From Patescibacteria group bacterium (GTDB lineage Bacteria; Patescibacteriota; Minisyncoccia; Phycocordibacterales; Phycocordibacteraceae), in NCBI GenBank assembly GCA_030837225.1, contig JAUPKX010000005.1, positions 8,049 through 72,048 on the forward strand: a stretch of DNA of 64,000 nucleotides, read 5' to 3'. Positions 56,601 to 62,600 of the stretch are shown in pieces; the stretch's first letter is position 1; the number at the start of each line of letters is the position of its first letter. Both the position numbers and the translations under genes were made by a program. A model generated the notes under the pieces. The model was given only the letters and a program-made list of their open reading frames with translations, was not told the origin of the DNA and ran no database searches.

Positions 56601-59600
56601 ACAGATAGGGAGTTTCTTTAACATAACGCTACAGCCAGGCGGTGGCAACGTTGGTATTGGCACTGTGAGTCCTGGGGAAAAGTTAGAGGTTTCTGGAAAT
56701 ATAAAGCTTTCGACATCCGCTAGTTATCTAGCATTTGGCAATCCGAGTACTCCGCTTTACCTTGGTAGCGGAAACTCTTTATTGTTTTCTCCGGATAATA
56801 ATGAGCAATATGCAGTATTAAGGGGCTATGCTGGGGCTGTATTAGCGGTAGGAGGTAATCCGGGGCTGCTCTTAAACGCCAGTAGCAACGTCGGTATTGG
56901 CACGACGAACCCCGGGACCAAGCTCCATGTCCTCTCTACCAATGCCGGCGGAGACTCAAACACCCTCATGCTAGATAACGCTGGAGCATCCGGCATTACT
57001 ACCACGAGTCTCACGTTCGCGAACGGAGGAGCGGTAAAGGCAAGAATAACGGGTGCTGTGTATGGTGATGGATACCTCGCGTTCAACACGAATGACGATA
57101 CTGAGAAAATGCGTATTACCGCAGTAGGCAGGGTCGGTATTGGAACGACTACACCGCAAGGCAAATTCCACGTTAAGGGCTCAGATGGCGAATCCTTACT
57201 AAGAGTGTCTGGCGCAACAGGAGGTATAAGAATACGCCCGTATGTGGACGCAACCTCAGGCACCTACATTGAAAGTGTGAATACTGCAGAAAGTGCCTAT
57301 CTACCGTTGCGTCTTGAAGCCTCAACGACAATATTAGGCATAAACGGCAATGTCGGTATTGGTACAACCACACCGCTTTCTAAACTCCAGGTTTCAACAA
57401 GTGGTGCAGATGCGTTCAGTCTCGATCTTCTTACAGGAAGCTCTCACGATACCGGCATACGCATCGGACGTGGTAGTGGTGCTAATGGTGCAGGAATACA
57501 GATGGTGACTTCCGCTACAGACTATCTTAGTTTCTACGTAAATGGTTCCGCGCTCCCTGCTATTAATACAGCAGCTCAGATGGTGCTTACGGAGGGTGGC
57601 AACGTCGGTATTGGTACCACGGGACCGTTAGGAAAACTCCATGTCCTAACCTCTACCGACACCACACCAAACACCATTGCGGCGTTTGATGCACGGCACG
57701 CTGTCTTCGGTCCAGGCACTGTCGATGGTGTTTCTATCTCTAAGACAACGGGGGGTAGTGCCTACATCAGCTCCGTTCGTCCAGGTATTGCATGGGATCC
57801 GCTAGCTGTACAAGCAAGTACCTTTAGTGTTAATCCTAGTAGCGGTACCACAGCCTTCCATGTTACTGCGGCAAGCAACGTCGGTATCGGCACGGTATCT
57901 CCTGGAAGTAAATTACAAGTTAGTACGGGCAACTCTAGTTATGTAGCCAGCACAGCCGCCTTTTCTGTGCGGAAAAACGAAGAGGGGTACGGACTGTTTG
58001 TTGGTAATGCCAGCTCTGGCAACAGTTGGTTACAGGCAGGCTATTCCGACGGCTCACTACTCTATGACTTGATACTGCAACCTAATGGCGGAAAGGTTGG
58101 TATTGGTACTACGACGCCTTCGGAAAAGCTTTCGGTTGCAGGAGACATCTTTGTGAGTGATGCCACAGACCCAGAACTCAAACTCAATAAGACTAGCGGT
58201 ACTCAAAAAACATTCTCGTTTAATGTAAATAATGACAACGCATTTCAATGGCTAGACAGGACAGCAGGCCTTACGCGCTTGTACCTCACGACAGGCGGCA
58301 ACATGGGTATCGGGGACTACTACGGGGCAACTACCAATACCCCACAGAATAAGCTCTCAGTAGCAGGAAGTGCGTCGATCGGGTATGCCGTGGGTAGTGA
58401 TGTTGCGGCTCCTACCAATGGCCTCATCGTTAATGGCAACGTCGGTATTGGTACTACCACTCCACAGGAGGAACTATCAGTCTCGAAGAACGGCGTTCCA
58501 CAGATTAGCCTTGAAAATAGGAGCGGCACTACTCGTAACGCCCAAATCATATTCCGCAATACAGCGGGTCCTACGTGGCGGCTCGGTACGGACATGAGCA
58601 CCAATAACAATACGGACAACTTCCAAATCTATAAGGATGCCCTAGGTCTTCCGGTGCTTACTATCGACTCCGCGGGTGACGTCGGTATCGGTACCGGACA
58701 TACAAATCCACTCTACCCACTCGATGTAAATGGACTCGCTCTCATTCGCGGATACACGGTTGGTGTTACCGCCGCACTCGCTGATGCCTATAAGTTTACC
58801 CATGACGGCGGAACCTCATTCGTGAACAACCAAGGAGGGAGCTTTGGTGTCGGCACAACGACCCCAACAGTTGAAATGGAAATTGGTGGTAGCAGCTCGC
58901 CATCATTACGTTTGCGTCCGTATTTCGCAGGCGCTCCTGACGCAAGCGGGTACTACACAACAATTAATGCGGCGTACTCTGATGAGGCAATGAATCTTAG
59001 TGTTGGTGGCTACAAGGTGCTCTCAACACTCGGCTACGACACTCCGACTCAGTTGCTTCTCTACACAGGCAACACCGAGCGATTGCGCATTAATTCCTCA
59101 GGCAACGTTGGTATTGGTACCTCGAACCTCTTTAAGCCCCTTACGGTTGAAGTAGGAACTGCGGGAGGTGTTAATCAGGGAATTGTAATAAACAGCTCAC
59201 ACGCTTTCGGTAGCGGCCAGGGAACGGCTGCAGCAGCGCTTGTGTTCGCGCGCAATCGCACTATAGACACCTCATCTTTGTATGCTATGGCGCAGATCGA
59301 TGGAGGAAATGAGAGCGAAACCACGAGTGCATACGGCTACCTTGCGTTCTCAACTGCGAACAGTGGCGGAACGCTGGTGGAGCGAATGCGCACTTCGTCC
59401 TCAGGCAACGTCGGTATTGGTACCACCACTCCAGACTCAAAACTCAATATCCAGATGGCGGGAGATGGAACGGGACTTGCTATAAATTCGAGCTACTCAG
59501 CAGGAGGATACAAAAAAATCATTGACGCCGGTCAGACTGGTTCGGACGGGTATCTCAAAGTGAACGACGCGCTCGGTGCCACGGTGAGTTACTTGAGTGG

Positions 59601-62600
59601 CTACACTTCGAGTCCTTCATATTTCTTGAGTAGTGTCGGTATTGGTACAAGTACCCCGGTAAGTAAGTTCAGTGTGTATCAAGCATCAGGTGCAGGAAGG
59701 AGCATTGCCGAATTCTCCAATGGTAACAGGGACCGGATGCTCCAGGTCGTACATGATATTTCTGGAGACTCAACCTCTTACATCGGTCTCAATGCCCGAG
59801 AATTTGGATCGACTCTTGGACGTGACTTCGTCATTCAGACAGGAGGGACTGAAAGAATGCGCGTAGCGTATTCAACAGGCAACGTCGGTATTGGTACCGT
59901 GAATCCCGGCGCAACGCTCGACGTTAAGAGCCAGATCAACCTAACTAATGCAACCGGTAATTCGATGGTAGGAGTCAGGGGGACTGAGTTCGGATATGCT
60001 GCGGGCTACAAGGCGCTGCAGATAGGAGCTACATCTGGCACCTACACCGTAAGTATCGGCTACGATCCGTCGACCAACGCAAGCCCAGCATTCACGGGGG
60101 ACGGCAGTGAGGTTATCTTCAGGAACGGCGTGAAGTTCCTAACGCCGAACGCTGCGAATAATAGCTATCTCAGCACCATGACGATGCTGAATGGCAACGT
60201 CGGTATTGGCGAGACTGCTCCAAGTGAGAAACTCGTTGTTGCAGGGCAGGGAACAGGCAGGATGCTCGTTGGAGACGTAGGGTTCGGTGACGGGTACACG
60301 GGCCTTTCGATGAATGGCGTACTTTCCACCACGAATTACAACCTCTTAGGCTCGCCTGGTCAGGCGCACTTTTGGATTAATCGTGCAACAGGAGGGAATA
60401 TCAGCTTCCGTGAGAATAACGGTACCGACCAGATGACTATTGCGTCAGGTGGTAACGTTGGTATTGGTGTAACTGCCCCTGACGGCAAGCTTCATATTCT
60501 CAACAATACGGCCTCGCAAGCGTTAAGTAGCGGTAGTATTCGGCTCGCCGGTTCCGCATACGCATCTTCAGGATGGGCAATGCGCATACCTGATGACGGA
60601 TCTACGGGAAATTTGTACTTCGACAGGGAATACGCCGGCTGGGCTTCAACCCCTGTCCTTATGTTGCAACGATCTACAGGCAACGTAGGTATTGGCACAA
60701 CAAACCCTACCGCTAAGCTAACGTTGAATGGAACTGCCGGAGCTAATCCAAATGCTGGTGCAGAGATTGAGTATACAAATGCGCTTATTTTCCAATCAAG
60801 CAGCGCACATTCCGTTGGTGCAATTAAAACAGTGCAACCAACTGGGTACTATGTGGATGCTGCCGACATGACTTTCTCTACAGGATACGGCAGTTTAACT
60901 GAACGTATGCGTATTCAGGGCAGCACAGGCAACGTCGGTATTGGCACCACAACTCCATCCGGAACCCTTGATATATACAAAGCAGGCAATGCCACCCTTA
61001 ATATAACGGGTACTAACATCGCGGGCATAAACCTGAAGGGTGATAATGGTAGTGGATTTGCAAACATAAACACCTACAACGACGGTACCTTGCGTATAGG
61101 GGCAAGCGTCTCTGGATACAACTCAGGCACAACAGATCTTGTGATTAAGAATGGTTATGTTGGTATGGGTACTGCAAGTCCGCTAGCCAGGTTACAGGTT
61201 GGTGATAGTGCATCTCTCACTAATTATCAAGGTGCAACTGTAGGTATCGTACGGCCTGCCGGCTCAGGCTCATGGTTAGAGTTAGCTGACAACACAACTT
61301 ACGGCTCGGCGTTCCGTATTTCGCAGGATTCAAATAGTGGAATAGCTTTTAACTCTAATGGTCGTGATATTGGTTTTAGGGCAAGCGGCTATAGTACTGC
61401 CATTGCCGATGCGCAGCTTGTTTTGAAGTCGTCGGGTAATGTCGGTGTCGGCGCCCAAATTCCGCTGGCAAAATTACACGTACAGCAAGCGCTACCAACT
61501 AGCATTGGCAGTTTGCCATCAAATGTCGGCCTAATCTTAGATTCAAACACTCACAACTACTTGCTATTTAGAAACACCGCCGATAATAGTACGTATTCCG
61601 GACTTCAATTCCAAGATAATAATGTCGGGGGATATTTGGTATTCCAAAATTTTAGTGGCGGCGTCACAAGCGACAGCATGCTCTTTGGTACATATCAGGA
61701 CTTTGTCTTCCAAACTGGTACTTCGGAAACAGTTGGGGGCAAGAGCACAGTTATGACGATTAAACAGACTGGAAACGTTGGTATTGGTACAACCAATCCT
61801 CTCGCTATAGATGGCGGTGCTGCAACACGCTTTCACACTAAAGTTACGGGTGGAACAGGGAATATTGAAGTGGCTCGATTTGAAGGAGGCGACGATACCG
61901 ATAACACCTACGCAGTGTTGCGCGTAAACCATAACAACGATCGCGGTTTCTTTGTGAAAGGTGGGCGGCAGACAGGGGACACGGCCATAGCTACCATGGG
62001 ACTCACAAACAATGGAGGAGCAATGACAGACATCATGACATTCCTCGGCAGCAACGTTGGTATTGGAAATACCTCTCCAGGCGAAAAACTCACCATTGAA
62101 GGCAACAGTGCTGCCATGCTCATTCAGACGGCATCTGATCCTACGGTCTATCGAGCAAAGATCACTGCTAACTACAACTATACGAACTCAGTACTCTTCA
62201 CGGGACTCAACAACACGGAAATTATTGGCCAGTATGCGTATAACGTTACGGTAGGTAATTCGTCAGGTAACGTTGGTGTCGGTACAACAGGTCCAACTCA
62301 GAAGTTCTCTATTCTCGCCACGGGCATATCTAATCAATTCGAACTTCGCAATAATAATCAGGCCCTTTGGATTCGCCAAGGATACAAATCGGATGGAACC
62401 GCTACCCCCGCCGCAGACACAAATAATGTGCAGTTCCAGTCAAGTGGAAGCTCTAGCGGTACCTTCTCCTTCACTAGCGGAAACGATGAAGTGTTGCGTA
62501 TGACACTTGGTAGTAGTGGTATACGATTCAATGCCTATGGAGCAGGTACGCTCGTGACTGACGCTTCAGGAAATATAACCGCATCATCTGACGAACGTCT

